The notes under the pieces were generated by a model. That model was not told where the DNA came from, did no database searches, and saw nothing but the letters and a program-made list of their open reading frames with translations. Both the position numbers and the translations under genes were made by a program. A stretch of 64,000 nt of DNA from contig CM022667.1 of the NCBI GenBank assembly GCA_012295275.1, positions 6,262,001-6,326,000 on the forward strand, read 5' to 3'. This document shows positions 41,948 through 58,479 of the stretch, piece by piece (within the stretch, counting starts at the first letter, position 1; every line of letters starts with the position of its first letter). This DNA comes from Chrysomallon squamiferum (lineage: Eukaryota; Animalia; Mollusca).

Positions 41948-44900
41948 AACTGAAATGTCAAAGTGGAAAATGAATTTATAATGTAGGAAAAATAATAAAT
42001 AACAATTTAAAGCTGAAATAAGATAATATTAATAGAAGTCAAAAGAAAACAAAGATGGTCTGATGCTCTTTAGACAAAAACTGCAAAGCAATTAAAATAC
42101 AAACAAAAATGTACTGAATTTGAAGTTGAGAAATAAAGAATGGCGAAATAATCCAAACAAAGTAAGCTTTGTGAAAGCTAGAGAAAGCAGCACAAAATAT
42201 ATATTAATATATATAAGTGAAAATTATAGAATTATTTCATTTCAGTTTTCTTGTTACATGATCATGATGTATTTTATGAAAGGAAATCTCAAAATATTGG
42301 CTTTACAGTGTAAGCAGTATCAATATGTAATACTTTTATTATTTTTACTATTTTTATTTATTTGGTTTATAATTTTCTTTATGTTTATAAATGATTTCCC
42401 GGTTAAGATAGACACTGTTTCTTTTATTCTTATTTTGTAAAGGGAAGAAGAAAGTTAATCTGGAATCACAATGATAACATTTCACATTTGAAAGTAGTAA
42501 AATAACAGTGTTCAAAGTTTTTGTACTATAAAAAACTATATTATTTTAGTATAATCCATGTGTGAAAGGAAAAAAGGTTTTTCCATAAATCGTTATATCT
42601 GACATAGGAAATAATTATTTCTGTAATTGAGGTAAATGTGTTTGTATGTATGTCTATGGATATTTAGCCATTTAGAAACTTCATCTTATGACAGTGACAT
42701 GCGTTTTTTTTTTCATGCCGTTATCATGGGAAAACATTACCAGTGGCTGTCTTAATAGAAATGCTCCCTATGCTGCTCCTTTTCTCTCCGAATTTGTGTC
42801 AGTATTTTGAAAAATACCCAAATATTTCAATGCAAATCTAAGCTAAGCACCTAATGTAGATTATCTTGTAGATATAATTACTTTTCACAGCATGTGCGTT
42901 TGAAATGTTCTGGATTTAATAACTTACTGTTTGCTACAGGAAGACATTAGTGTTATTTTATCAATTTCAAATTAACAGTTACTCTTCTGAAAGTCACAAA
43001 GGCCTAATTACTTAATATATCAAGATAAATGTTGATAGGCATCTTTGTTTATCTCTTGAGTAAAATAACCTTTAAGGCAAATTCGTGGAAGTAGATTTAC
43101 ATTATTTTCTGCTGATATATGTGACAGGAAATTGCCTTCCTATGAGTTTTACACATTGTTGTCTCTAAAGCTAATAAATTAGTATTGATATATTGTTGCA
43201 TGTATTTGAAAGTTTGCATATTTTTTGTTTTATTTGGAGGAATTTTTTTCCCTTTGATTATTTAACTTAATAAGAGAAACTGATAACAGAGCTCTTAAAA
43301 AAACGAGGAACTTTATTCCCTTTGATTATTTAAGTTAATAAGAGAAACTGATAACAGATGTTGTTAAGATATTGCACTACGTTGAAAGTTGATTTCACCT
43401 AAAGTTACAAAACATTTTGTATACATCGTTATAATATCTCTTGATGCATATTTTGTATATGAATATATTTTCCTATTTCATAATAATGAAGTAAAGATTT
43501 TGTCTTTGTTTTCTAAAATGTTTTGCTATTGGTCATTGCAAAATGTTACATTTTCTAATATATAAACATATAGTTAGATGCGCGTGTGTGTGTGTGTGTG
43601 CCCTACTTGGAGACGCCAGATGGTGTAAATGTTAACCCTGCTCAATCAGGAATTAACTAATATTAAAGCCCTTTAATTGGAAACCCTAATTCAGTAATAC
43701 AAATATTACATAACTATAAATAATTACATCTAGTCCTCCTCGTTTGTTGTATTTTATGTTGAAAAAATCGTTCTTCCGAGATCCGCTTGCCATGCTTCTC
43801 CCCCCGTTACAACTGTATGTATATATATTCACATTTTATATTAATATAAAACAAAACGATTTTTTACTTGAATATCTTTACTATTTTTGTAAATTTAAAG
43901 TCAAAATATCAAATAAACATTCAGGAATTCCAAGATTTTTATACATATTTGATAGTGTATTGATTATTGTATAATTTGACAATGTTTTCATGTTTGTTAC
44001 ATGTATATTTCTTGTAAATTTTACAATAAATTTGATTAACCTAAAAATTTAAAATTTAATTACAAAAGGTTGTAGGTTGTTTTGTTTTAATATATTTAAT
44101 TATAGTAGATACACTAAAACTATATGAAAGTTTATATTTGTGTATTAACTACTTTTACTAATATATGTAATAAAATCTAAAGTGCTTTTCAATTATTTAT
44201 TTAGCTTTTTAATAAAAATGAATTGTTTCTATTCCTAATCGTTTGTAACAAATCCTGCTTCTTGTTATTTAGCTTAAAATATCCGAGCACCACTCTGCAA
44301 CGGAACCTTCTTGCCAAATTTGTTCTTAATTATACATTTTTATTCTCTATTTTTACATGCCGATTTAAAGCAGAATTACTGTTACATTAAACATTCAGTA
44401 TATTTTTATATTAGAGTAATATTTATTAAGCTACAGTGTATAATCATCTTTATACATTTATATTTTTATGGTTCTTCAATGTTTAGCTAAGTAATGTTGG
44501 AATACGAGGGTGATTCCTCAAAGAGCATTCAGACATCAATGGGCTGTTTAGAAGCTATATATATAATAAGGGGAAGCTCTGTTATTTTATAAACTAAGAA
44601 ACACTGGGATTATTTAACTTAGAATAAGCACTTAAGTTGTAAAGTAAATTCAGAAATGCTGTCAGCAGAAGTGTTTCGTGAACGCCTGCGCGATCCTCTG
44701 TAAGGTTTTAAACGAGATAATTTGATCAGTGCGCCACCTTACGACACGTCTGAGATACGCGTAGTCAGAAAAAAGAATCACCCAGGCAATGGTAATTCTG
44801 GTTTCAATGGTTTATTCTCTTTTTTTTATGTAACATACATGTTGATTGATAGAAGATAGCCAATTATATTTCTGTTGGATGTTATATAGTGTTATTCTGT

Positions 44901-45404
44901 GGTACTTACAGTTGAAAACTAAGTAACAAACTCGGATAAGGTTTTTTAATAACTAAAAGCTTAGTTAGAAAGTTAACGTAACCAGTTGGGCTTAATTAGG
45001 ATAGTATTATCTATAAACGCTTTTGCCTTTGTATTGTATCGTGAGTGTCTTACGATTAAATTATATGTTACCATTGATGGTTAGTTAAGGTGAAATATAA
45101 ACTAATTATTCATGTTCAATTCTTGTTTGCGTGATTATTTTCTTGTGGATACAGTGTAGTCATTTAGTAGTTTAAGCTGTCTCAGGTCATTAACACCTTG
45201 TCAGGTGACGCTATTATAGTCTGCAACCCTTTAGACGGGTTAGGATTAGGGTTATATATCGATGATTGTTATGTCTCAGACGACCAATACCTTGTTCTTC
45301 ATTGATCATACATTTAAACCATAGCTAACCAAGGACGTACCATATAAAAGTTCTTATACATTAACTACATGTACCTGCCAAAAACAGACTCAAATTTTAT
45401 ATCC

Positions 45405-45915
45405 ATGGCTGATCTTAGAAGGGTCGAATTTGTTTAGTCACAAAAAGGTAGACCACATATAATACTGGAACGAATTCTATTTGTAACGAATCGCACCAGA
45501 GGGGAAAGCTTTCACTGCAGATGTGTGGCAGAAATGTGTACCGGGAAGTGAACCACTGTCGGCGATTTTATTCAGAACACATCCATCTTCCAAATGACTG
45601 GAATGTTGTTCGGTTTGTTAGCACACTACGGAATCGAGTAAGAGAAGAAACGATACCAGTGCAGAAAATATACAATGATGAGGTTGCAAAGCAAACATCA
45701 GACATTGTTCCTCATTTGCCTACCTTTCCCATTATGAGCTGTGCACTGTATAGAGAGAGACGACTTCTCATTCCTGCCCTACCGCAGACTACAGCCGATG
45801 TCAGCATAGACGAACCATAGACAAAGACAAATGACGGAGGACCCTACGTTTTATTTAGCAATGGAAATGAAGATAACATGCTTATGTTTTCTACAGATGA
45901 GCAAATCATAGCAGG
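45405..45915 (+). mobile_element. Mutator-like (MULE/FLYWCH) transposase 5' relic
   Basis: EFV*SQKGRPHIIL...F...CRC....C.GK / HIHLP...LYRERR..IPALPQT...*TKTNDG...MLMFSTDEQI; stops and a frameshift. Confidence 0.75.
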
Positions 45916-47025
45916 ATGCGTGTTTCTAAAATGATTATGTGGTTTCAACATGAGAAGACGATGGCGCCAGATTCCTTTGATTTTGTTGAACCATCATCTG
46001 AACACTGGCCCCAGAACAAGCATTGATCTGGATGGTTTTCGTTCAGGAATGAACCAGTCAGTTCAACTTTTCCATTCAGATATATACAGATTTGTAGAAT
46101 TGATAAAAGGAATAGAAACATCAGAATGATAAATTCAGACAGATAAACTTTGAGGCAAATCAATCTAATTTTATATAATTTTGTTCTGTGTTCTGTATTT
46201 AGTTGTTTCAGACTATTCCATTATTAACTACATGTATTATTCAAGGTACACGGCAGGTCATTAGTAATGCGCTCAACCGCGTCTTGTGTTGTTTTAATGC
46301 GTCGCGTTATGGGACGTCTGTCTTTTGGGAGGACACCAGTCAGACCCTGTCTTTGTTAATTGTGTGGGTAAATTTGGTTTTGACTTTAAATTCTAGAGAG
46401 CATCTTATTCGCCTCGAACTATTCTGTGACAGACTTTTACTTTTTATATTAATTTTGGTTTGGTGGAGGGATAAACAATGTTGATGAGCATGAACCTCTG
46501 AACTCCTTTTAGCAAATTGTTTCATTAATTCTGGGTCTATGTTTAACGTAAATGCATAACTGAATGTAAAACAGTGCTTGTGAGCAAAGGTTATATGTTA
46601 TTTTAAGGATTCAGTTTCTACAACTAGAATCAGTTTCAACATTACCCCTACTTATTATGAAAACTATAAGTTTATCCAGAATTTACTTAATTAAATAAAC
46701 CAATAACGTTTGTGCGGATTCATATTTATAGCGGTATTTGTATCCAGTTGTTCGGTTTCATGGTCATTGAAGGAAAACGCTATGAACGAATGTTACATAA
46801 TTTACATAATTAAAATAAATAAACTTTTGACGAAAAAAATACTAAAGAAGAACAATTGTTTTCTTTCTGAAATACATAAATATAATAAATAAGTAGAAAC
46901 GATATTGGCCATGGACAGGCATTTTTTTTATCGTTTGAGTCTTTGACTTTTGTACTGACACTGTTTTACAGTGTATTATACTCAAATAATGAATGTAAAA
47001 ATTAAAACATACTTATCGATTCATT

Positions 47026-47334
47026 TTCCCGGAATCAGGACACAATGCAGGAAGTAAATTATCAATGAGCAAGAATCGGGACCATTCATAACGAATAACA
47101 GGTAACTGGACTGAGATTATAAAAAGTTTTCTAAACCCGTTTTGTAAGACAGTAAAGCAATAGGTGTAAAAATAAATAAATGTTTTTGAAATGGAGTTTA
47201 TGTCATAGATTATAATAATCAATTATAAACTGCTGGTGAAAAATGTATCACTTTCTTACTCAAAATTATTGTGAAACTGTTTGTGTTTTGTGTTATGTTG
47301 ATATTTTTTCAACTCAGCGTCACCTAAACCAGTT
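47026..47334 (+). promoter_or_regulatory. Gene D proximal promoter
   Basis: TTCCCGGAA 47026-47034, CAGGAAGTAAA 47048-47058, CCTAAACCAGTT 47323-47334. Confidence 0.5.
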
Positions 47335-47382
47335 TACTTGAAAGGACTCGCCCAAATAAGACTCATTTGTGTAAGCAGGAAA

Positions 47383-47446
47383 ATGGCGTCTGAATTGAGG
47401 TGTTTGTTTCTGTGGGTATTTCTTCTACATATTGATATTTGCTTAG
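47383..47446 (+). CDS. Gene D signal-peptide exon (identical to C)
   Basis: aaaATGG, 64 nt, TTAG|gtcagt. Confidence 0.88.
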
Positions 47447-49851
47447 GTCAGTTTTTACATTGGGATGTTGTTTTGTTTTTTTGTTTGTTTGTTGTTTTCG
47501 TTTTATTTTCTTCTTATTATTATTTTTGCTCTATTGTTATTTAGTTATATATTTATTTATTTCTTGCTTTCAGTGTAAATAATTAATTTCACTATAATTA
47601 ACATGGACCAATGATTTTTTTAAAATAAAAATAGGAAACTCATTGTTTGCATACATAACAGTACATGTTCTAGAAGTTGAATGTTTTTTGTGATAACGAA
47701 AACGAGTGAAAATTTAATTTGTAACTAATTTTTTTATCGGACCGGTTGATGGACCTTTATTTATTTATTTTTAATTTTCTGTAGTAAACCTGCATCAAGC
47801 GTTCTCGTGAATAAATCAAGGCAGACATTCAAATAACACGTGATGAATTTGATTTTTACATGTAATACGACCTTCAATGCGTTGAAAAAAAAAAATAAAA
47901 ATAAAAAAATAAAAAATTATAATAGTTTCAACTATCGTTTTACAAGTAGGTACTCAGAACTGTCCGCTATGGAGTTTCAGCAGAGTAACGTGCCCACATT
48001 ACAGTACCTAATGAGAATAGTCATCTTCATATTCACGCGCCAGTGTCTGTGAAAATTGTTTATTTTATTTTATTATTATTATTATTATTTATTTTTTATA
48101 TATATTGCCTGCAGACGTCGTAATAATAATTAAAAAAAATATAGAGTACAAAACGTGTGCGAGATGGTATGACGTCAAAGTTAAAAAAAAAAAAAAAAAA
48201 AAATGGTTTCGGACTTTGCTGCAATTTCTAATCAATAATAGACATCTATGTACTGGACGCACTGATTAAATGACATATTTCCCCAAATTACTATTAATAA
48301 TCCATGCAGAATTGATTGCATTATGAAGGCATACGTATTAAAAAGTTTGCAAACTCTAATGGGCGTTCGACGCTGTCGTCTTTGATTTCGATCGGAACTT
48401 TCCGTGAGCTCACGGATTTTTTGAAACTTCCCAATTCAGTTGTTTCACATATGTTTTCTGAATGTTTTATTATTTAAACTGATAAAGATAAGGATGGTTG
48501 TTCATTTTACCAAACCATGAGGTCGCGGGACTTTCGTAACTACTTTTTCAACTTAATCAAACCTTTTCTTCTTCTTCTTCTTCTTCTTCTTCTTATTATT
48601 ATTATTAATTTAATACATTTTTGCATTGTAGTCTTTTGTTTGAAAGTTTGAAAAAAAATATAATTTTTTTAATAAATATGCTTCAGTTAATGAATTTATA
48701 TAAAAACAAAAATGACAATGCAGAGAATATGAGTAAACTTTGTTTTATTTTTATAACTTGGGTAGACTTTTGTTCTCATGAAGCTTATTTCTTATTTTGA
48801 TGTGTTTCTAATTTAATTTCACAACACCAGTTCAGTACATAATTTCCTAAACCTGTGAAGTGTAAGTAATATGTTCAAGAAATCTTTCATTTCAAAACTC
48901 AGAAAATGTTAGAGATACTTGAAGATAGAGATATTTATAAAGTTATTTAAAATAGATTTTTGAATTGTTGTTTATACAATCATTTGTTGCTTTATTTTAT
49001 GTTATTCATTTATTTATTTTTCTGAAATGGGCAGATACACGAAGAAAACTTAATAACTGATGTATGCGTGTCTGTGTGTTTTATTTAGTAGGTTTTACTT
49101 CTGACTTTTACAAACATTTACTTATGCATTATACAAGGACATTTCATGTTTGTATATCTTGTTTATTTATCCTGCATAAAAATATTTTACTTAAAAGTTG
49201 AAGTCTAGCTTTATTTTATAGCAATTTCTAGTTAACAGAAAGTGAAAAAGCATACATAAACACATACAGGTATGATGTTTGTACATGCAGAACTAATCAT
49301 CATCATTAAATCTTAATACATAAACCTTATTTTGTATTTCTCTGTACATAACTGTTAATTTAATATAATTTTAAATGATTTTGAGGGTAATGTTTCTCTA
49401 TTTTCAATAACAATATGATAAAGTGTTACGTGATTAATATTTTATAAATTTAAAAACATACATAAGAAGTAATTAAAACAGAAATGTCACTTCGTTTTGA
49501 AAACTAGTAATCCATTAGAAAAAAAGATTAATACAAATATTTTACGATAAAATTGAAGCAATAGTTGATTTTATAATTATATACTTGTTTTTATTTTTAA
49601 TTTTAAAATAAGTATTATGACATTGATTAATATTCTGCATATACTAAACATGTTCTCTATGTCTAATCTGCTATATTCCATTATCACACATTTTTACTGG
49701 CGTTGGTGATGGATGTAAAGATATTAATTGTCCAAGGCTAACTTCACCATAACACAACAAAGATATTACTTCTGTCCTGTGTTTATTTAGTAAGTTCACA
49801 CAATAAATTTGTTATTTTCTCTTGTATCAAAAATTATAAGACCTGCTGAAA

Positions 49852-49913
<62 letters not shown>

Positions 49914-51886
49914 CATCATTATCATTATCATAATTATTATTGTTAACTGTACTACAAAAATAAAAATGAATAAAAAATAATATTAAGCAAATATTGCTCT
50001 CAATTGTACAATATTAGAAAAACCTAATTATTTATTTAAATATATAAATATGTTTCAAATTTCAGTCATGTTCTATATCAAGTTGAATGAATATGTTTAA
50101 GAGTTTAAACAATAGTTCCATGATGTAATTATTGTGGTTCAAATTCTTTTACAGATAAATAATTTCACTGATTAGTAAAATGTTCTAAATAAAACTCTAT
50201 AAAACACAGCTGCTATGAAAATACAGAATGGTATATATCCCCAACCTTGTAAAAAAAACAATTGCTAACATAATCATTCTTTTCATCATCTCTGTTTAGT
50301 CAACAGTTTCAGTTATCTCAAATATTCTTACATGCAAAAGATGAATGAGTGAAACTGAAGTCAGCTCTTTATTATCATTCAACACAGTGTAAAATATTTG
50401 CATCTCGAATATGATTCATTAATATTCACATGACAATTAAACAAAATTATATGTAAAAAGGAAAAATGGTGGTAATTTAATCAGAGGACATCAAAATCTA
50501 AATTTTTCAAGAAACACAAAAGCAGGTGGCATGGTGCCAACTGGCAAACTGTTTTTCAACAGCCCTGACACACATGTATATCAAATTCATTTTATTTATG
50601 GTTATGTCTGTGCTGTCAATAAATAATCATGTATAATACTGTTAAGAAATGATCTGTAGTAATTGAATGTATCAGCTTTTCTAGTTTACATCCATATTTT
50701 CCATTATTCTTAACAGCCTTTTGCTTGTTAATTTATTTGGTAACTGAAACAATAATATAATAATACGAATTCCTTCTTTTAATCTAAGCAAAACAAAAAC
50801 ACAACTGAAGAAAACGATTTTCATCTTATTGTTAGAATGTTATAATTTATTTTCCAGAAATATATTTTTCTAATAAATAAATAAATAAATAAATAAATAA
50901 ATATACATTATAATATTGATAATAATTTTTTAACTGTTGACAGTATGTTTCACCTTTCATAAGACTTTAATCTAAAGTGATTACATTGGTTAAATTCCTC
51001 TTCAAAGTAATGGATTTAATTAATACATAATCCCAAGACTTAAGAACATTAGCTGTTTTAATAATATTTTCCTTTTCTTTACCGCTTCCTTCTTTCTTTA
51101 TGAAACATAATTTAACAACTTAATCAGCGCTGTCCCGTTTAATTTAAGATTTGACAGCAGCCTATTGTCATTGAAATAGCATTTTTGACGGTCTTTGTTT
51201 TTTATACATCTACAATGTTAATCCACCAAATACAAATTTTTACTTGATATATATAAACAATACTTTGAGCTAAATTTAAAGTAATTTTCATTTGTACCAG
51301 GTTTGGAAAAAATACAAAGAAAACGACAAATATATATTTATTTTTATTCTACTATCTTACTGTAAAAATGTGGTAGTTCAGCAGACTACCAGGGTTCGAA
51401 TTCCGGTATCCCAGGGAGATATCAGAAGCTAAAATACTACAGGCTACCAGTACGGACAAGTGCTGAATGCAAGTGCTAAATCTGTTGAATGCCTCGCCCT
51501 TGCCCATTGTGAGTCATGATAAGGAGTCCACCGAAAATCACCAATCACATTAGCAGAATTTAGTCAGGCACTTCAAGAGGAGTTGAACGATGGCCACTGG
51601 GAAAGTCACAAACAGCTCATCCACTGAATGAATGTCTTACACACCAGGACAATATCATACACTACTGACACAAAAAAACACCAAAACCAACAAAAAAATG
51701 TCAGCTTTAAAGTTTAACCTCTGACCCTGTCTTCTAGATCAAAATCTACTAAGAAACTGTACTATTACTGGTAATGTTTGCCCAGTCACTTCACTATTAT
51801 CATATATCTCGTATCCATTTTACATATGTATCTTTAGATCCATAGATAGATTGATATAGACATGTATAATATTTTTGTGATTGTAG

Positions 51887-52231
51887 GTTACACAGTGTAT
51901 TTGTCAGGAACTTCATTAAATGCTATGTCATACACACTTACATGTACAGTGGCAGATGCTGCAAATCTCAGCGACTACGTAAACTTTAAAAGACAGATCT
52001 CTACAGCAGTCTTTTCTACAATAAAACAAACTACAAGTGGATGTTCAGTATACACCAAGCCACCAACAGGCTATGATTCAGAGTGTGGAAGTGGAACACA
52101 GGAAAACAATGCTCAGATTAAGGAATATACACTGACGATCTTCAGTCTTGCAGATAAGGATGTTGGAATTTGGTGGTGTTACTTGGAAAATCTTGGAATA
52201 CGTAGCAACAATCATACTGTAAAATTTGATA
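51887..52231 (+). CDS. Gene D V-like Ig exon (115 codons)
   Basis: ttgtag|GT...A|gtaagt, 345 nt, open. Confidence 0.92.
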
Positions 52232-52588
52232 GTAAGTTGAGAATCCTTTATCATTATTTATTTTTCTATATGAAAAAATTATTTGTTGTAAATTTAGATT
52301 TGCTTATATGAATGAAGAATTTAAATAGATCTTATCTTAGCAACAAAAGAAGTAATGTATTATGCAGGCATGACAAACACCACAAACACTGATAATTGAT
52401 TAACCTAACAGTTGCTATTAGAATGTCAAAAGAAAAAAAAAGGTAAACTAAAAAAAGGAAATATAGCTTTATTTTTATAGTAATTTCTAATTAACAGAAA
52501 CTGAAAAAGCATACATAAACACATGAAAATAAAAGTTATGAAACAAAATTTTTATTTTCATTTTAAATTTTTATTTTCTATGTTACAG

Positions 52589-52600
52589 GTCCACAGACAG
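52589..52600 (+). CDS. Gene D 12-nt stalk micro-exon (S)PQT
   Basis: ttacag|GTCCACAGACAG|gtatgg. Confidence 0.65.
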
Positions 52601-52941
52601 GTATGGTATTTGTACATGTAGAACTGATCATCATCAAATCTTAATACACAAACCTTATTTTGTATTTCTCAGTACATAACTGTTAATTTAATATAATTTT
52701 AAATAATTTTGTGACAATGCTGCTCTATTTTCAGTATCAAAATCACATTATTATTGGTGTTGATGGATGTAAAGATATTAATTATGCAAGGCTAACTTCA
52801 CCATAACACAACAATGATATTACTTCTTTCCTGTGTTGATATAGTAATTTCACACAATAAATTTGTTATTTTCTCTAGTATCAAAAATTGTAAGATCTGA
52901 TGAAAATTATTATTATTATCATTATTATTATTATTATTATT

Positions 52942-52974
<33 letters not shown>

Positions 52975-54383
52975 AACACTACTAGAAAATTAAATATATA
53001 GTCCCAACGACAATGAATAAAAAAACATTTTAAGCCAATATTGCTCTCAACAGTACAATATTAGAAAACCTAACTATATACTTAAATATGTTTCAATTTT
53101 CAGTCATGTTCTATATCAAGTTGAATGAATATGTTTAAGAGTTTAAACAATAGTTCAATGATGTAATTATTGAAGTGCAAATTCTTTCTGTGAATAAATA
53201 ATCTGACTGATTAGTAAAATGTTCAACACAGCTGCTATGAACACACAGGATGTTATATATCCCCAAGCTTGTAAAACAAATTACTAACATAATCATCCCT
53301 TTTATCATATCTATTTATTGTTGTATTTTACAAGGGTGCTAGTGATAATGCCTGGATTTGAAATGAGGATAAGTTTTTATTATATATACTGAATTATTAT
53401 TGCTTTGTAATTTGTTTTAAAGTTTGGGTCAGAGTAGAAAGAAGCATAACCTTTTATAAAATTGTGAACACTCAACCAGTAAAAGTAACACTGACAGTAT
53501 GTAATATCAGTCTCAGTGTCGTAAATGCAAGTATTTAAGCATGTAAAAGTGGAAGGTTTGCATGTTATGTTATGTTATATTATTTATGGTTATGTCTGTG
53601 CTGTACATAAATAATCATGTATAATACTGTTATGAAATGATCTGTAGTAATTGAATGTATCAGCTTTTCTAGATTACATCCATATTTTCCATTATTCTCA
53701 ACAACCTTTTGCTTATTAATTTATTTGGTAACTGAAACAATAACATAATAATACGAATTACTTCTCTTAGTGTAAGCAAAATAATACCACAACTGAAGAA
53801 AACTGATAGAATGTTATAATTTATTATCCAGAAATATAGATTTCTAATAAATAAATAAATAAATAAACCAACACTATAATATTAATAATAATTGTTTAAC
53901 TGTTAGCAGGATGTTTCACATTTCATGAGACTTTAATCTAAAGTGAATACATTTGTTTAATTCCTCTTCAAAGTAATGGATTTAATTAATACATAATCTC
54001 AAGCCTTAAGAACATTATCTGTTTTGATAATATTTTTCTTTTCTTTCCTGCTTCCTTGTTTCTTTATGAAACATTATTTAACAACTTAAATTTCAATATG
54101 CTTTCTCAGATCTGTGCTATTAAAACTGCCATTAACCACAGAAAACATAGGAAGTAGTTTTATGAAGTTATTGACTGAAAACAGTGATTTCTTTCTAAAC
54201 AGATAATGATCTGTAGAAATGTTTAACTTCCATCCTAAAATAAATAACAGATGTCTTATGAAAAATATAGTCACAGCTGTATTTGAACACTGCTCTTTTC
54301 TCAGTAGATTTAGTCCGCATATAATTTCACAAACTTTAACAATTATTTACTTCTTTATTTATTTATTATTATTATTACTGATG

Positions 54384-54430
<47 letters not shown>

Positions 54431-54912
54431 TGAATTTCAGAAACAAATATCATAAACTTGCTTAACCAGTACACTTCAGTTATTGAATTTATATTAAAAC
54501 AAAATTGACCGTGCAGAGTATATCAGATGATTTTGTTTTATTGTCATAACTTGGATAGACTTTTCTTATCATTAGACTTATTTCTTATTTTATTTATTTA
54601 TTTATTTTTCTGAAAATAAATAACTGCATGACTCTGAGCATGTGATTTTGAGTGTGTTATTTAGTAGGTTTTACACCTGACTTTTACAAACATTTTCTTA
54701 TGCACCATACATGGAGATTTCATGTTTGTATATTTTGTTTACTTGTCTCTATACAAATATTTTGCTTCGAAGTTGAAATCTAGATTTATGTTTATAGTAA
54801 TTTTCAATTAACAGAAACTGGAAACAATAAACACACACACACATACATGACATAGTCATACAAAATGCCCCACAAAGGAATAAGAAAACAACAACAACAA
54901 AAACATAAAATA

Positions 54913-54961
<49 letters not shown>

Positions 54962-54995
54962 TTTTCGTTTTGAATTTTTATTTTCAGTGTCATAG

Positions 54996-55011
54996 GTCAA
55001 ACTATAGACAG
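54996..55011 (+). pseudogene. Dead stalk micro-exon
   Basis: catag|GTCAAACTATAGACAG resembles the A micro-exon start but no gt donor follows. Confidence 0.4.
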
Positions 55012-55336
55012 AACTAATCATTGTCATAATATCTTAATACATAAAGTGTAGTTTATATTTCTCAATAGATAAATGTATTTACCATAATTTAAAATAATCT
55101 TTACATTAGCATCTCAGCTACATTACTACTTCAGATTAGCGATATGATGTTTTAACAAAAAATATTAAAATCCCATACACTGACCTTATGAGTTACATAT
55201 TGTGAATTTAGAAATACAGTATGAATATTTATCACAGAACTGCCATTTTATTTTTCAAATTACTCTAAGAAAAATAATTATTAATGTAAATTTAACTTAC
55301 TGTACAGTGATTACTATTCTACTGCTACTACTATTC

Positions 55337-55367
<31 letters not shown>

Positions 55368-55569
55368 TCCCAGTGAAATTTTACATCAACTTGTATCAAT
55401 ATGATTAGAATTTTAAACACCAACATACAAATTGTTGCTGTTGAAAAATAATCTGACTGATTAATGAAAATGTTCCTAATAAAACACTTTAAAACAGCTT
55501 CTATAAACACACATATAATGCCATATATCCCCAACCTTGTAAAATGCCAGTTGCTAGCATAACAACGTG

Positions 55570-55977
55570 AACTTGAGATAACCTTTCTTGAAATTTAATC
55601 TCCAACATATTAACTGAAACATATAAAAGTTTCAGAGGTGTAATATTTTTTGTTTAGCCACAATATCCACAATATAGATTTTAAAAATGCATACCTGCGC
55701 AGATGATTGATACAATGCATTACAATGTACATTTTCTACATGTATACACTTCTCTGAGACAAAAAACTCATTTTTAGAGTCAAAATCCACATGACATGTC
55801 TGAAGTAATGGCTGAAGGATATGAAAAGATGCCAAATGGCATAACATGTTCTACACAATCAGGCCCAAAGCATTAACAGTACCAATTTTATGAAGACTAG
55901 CCCAGTAGTTCCTGAGATATGTGGGATCCCAGTGAAGAAAGTATACCAAGTTTCATAAAAATCTGATACGGCCGGGT
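55570..55977. mobile_element. Deleted TIR transposon relic, same structure as the A copy
   Basis: Ends ccaagtttcataaaaatctgatacggccggg-ttaa. Confidence 0.55.
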
Positions 55978-56071
55978 TAAAAATTATTATTATTATTTTT
56001 AAATAAATAAATAATCCTATGCATTAAAGGTATATTTAATTGAGATTTTCATTTTGCTCTGATTTTAACAG

Positions 56072-56135
56072 ATGACAAATCACTTGCCACCCGCACAAGA
56101 CCTATAGTATGGACAATTACTGTGTGCATTATTTG
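56072..56135 (+). CDS. Gene D hydrophobic exon (D)DKSLATRTRPIVWTITVCII
   Basis: taacag|AT...TG|gtgagt. Confidence 0.75.
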
Positions 56136-56145
56136 GTGAGTGCAT

Positions 56146-57319
<1,174 letters not shown>

Positions 57320-57635
57320 TTTATGAATAATCATTTCTTTTTCTATCCCTTTCTGTTTTTAATTTTAATGTTAATTTTTAATTTTAATGTTAATTTTTTA
57401 TATATATGTAAATTGTTCTTCTCACACAACGTGCTCATGTTTCACGCATGTTTCACTTTCTGGCTTGTTTTAGAGTTTCTCTTTCAGTAACATCTCAGTT
57501 TATTAGAAATGTGATGTTGAATATGTTCATTTACTTTATTTACTACCTCATTTGGTTTTGATATATTAGTTATGATTGTTGTTAAGCTTTATGCTGAATG
57601 AATACTAGTTGGTTTTCAAGTAAATCCTAAAAGTG

Positions 57636-57641
57636 AATAAA
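57636..57641 (+). terminator. Poly(A) signal, gene D
   Basis: AATAAA with downstream GT-rich element. Confidence 0.5.
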
Positions 57642-58479
57642 TAAAATATTGCTATGTTAAAAATGTGTGTTCTGTTGTCTGTTGGAATGGTTACGTAGGA
57701 AATGTCTGCTCGTCAAAACTGTTTGAGTAACCTGTATTTCTTTTTGGTTTCTTTTGTTTTAAGAACGGTTTACATTTTTGTCCTGTTTGGTTAGTAAATT
57801 TCATATTCCAAAATATTTCTATTCATAACTTATTAGCAACTATGCTTTTAGAATTGTTGTTGTTATTATTCACCCATTTTCTTATTTGAAGCTGGGGCTA
57901 ATGTAACTGTATCTATAATAGTTCTTCTTTCTTTTAGATTAATACGAAAAACATTACATTATAATTATGTGATTATTACGTTATGACTTGGTTATGATAT
58001 GGGTAATGTTCATTATGTTATAATTGCGTAAATGTGTGCATGGTTTGTTATTGTGACAAAATGTAATTTATACCATAAAAATATTATAGTTTTTTTTTAA
58101 AGGTATTTTCATTAGATACAAATAGAGGCATAATTACATAACTGTAAAATGTTATACAAGGAATTCAAACATCTGTCTCTATGTTGACATTTTGGGGATT
58201 GGATCATTCATTATTTATTTCATTATGTATTTATTTTAATGATAATTAAGCCCTATATGTGCATTTGGTATGTTTGTACTGTGTGCGCATATGTATGTAT
58301 AAATGTATTTGTGTGTGTGTGTGCGGGGAAGTAGTAATTGTGTTATAAAATTTCGGTTATTTTTAATTTGTCATTTTATTTATTAGGTTAATGTAGAGAA
58401 AAAACACATTATTTGTTTACCAGTTATTTTGTTATTATTATTATTACTTTTATAAAAATGAATTTATCTGAATTTTCAG

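Noticed and set aside
45236-45256. ggttaggattagggtt telomere-like sequence
   Set aside because: Only 2-3 imperfect units, next to the MULE relic
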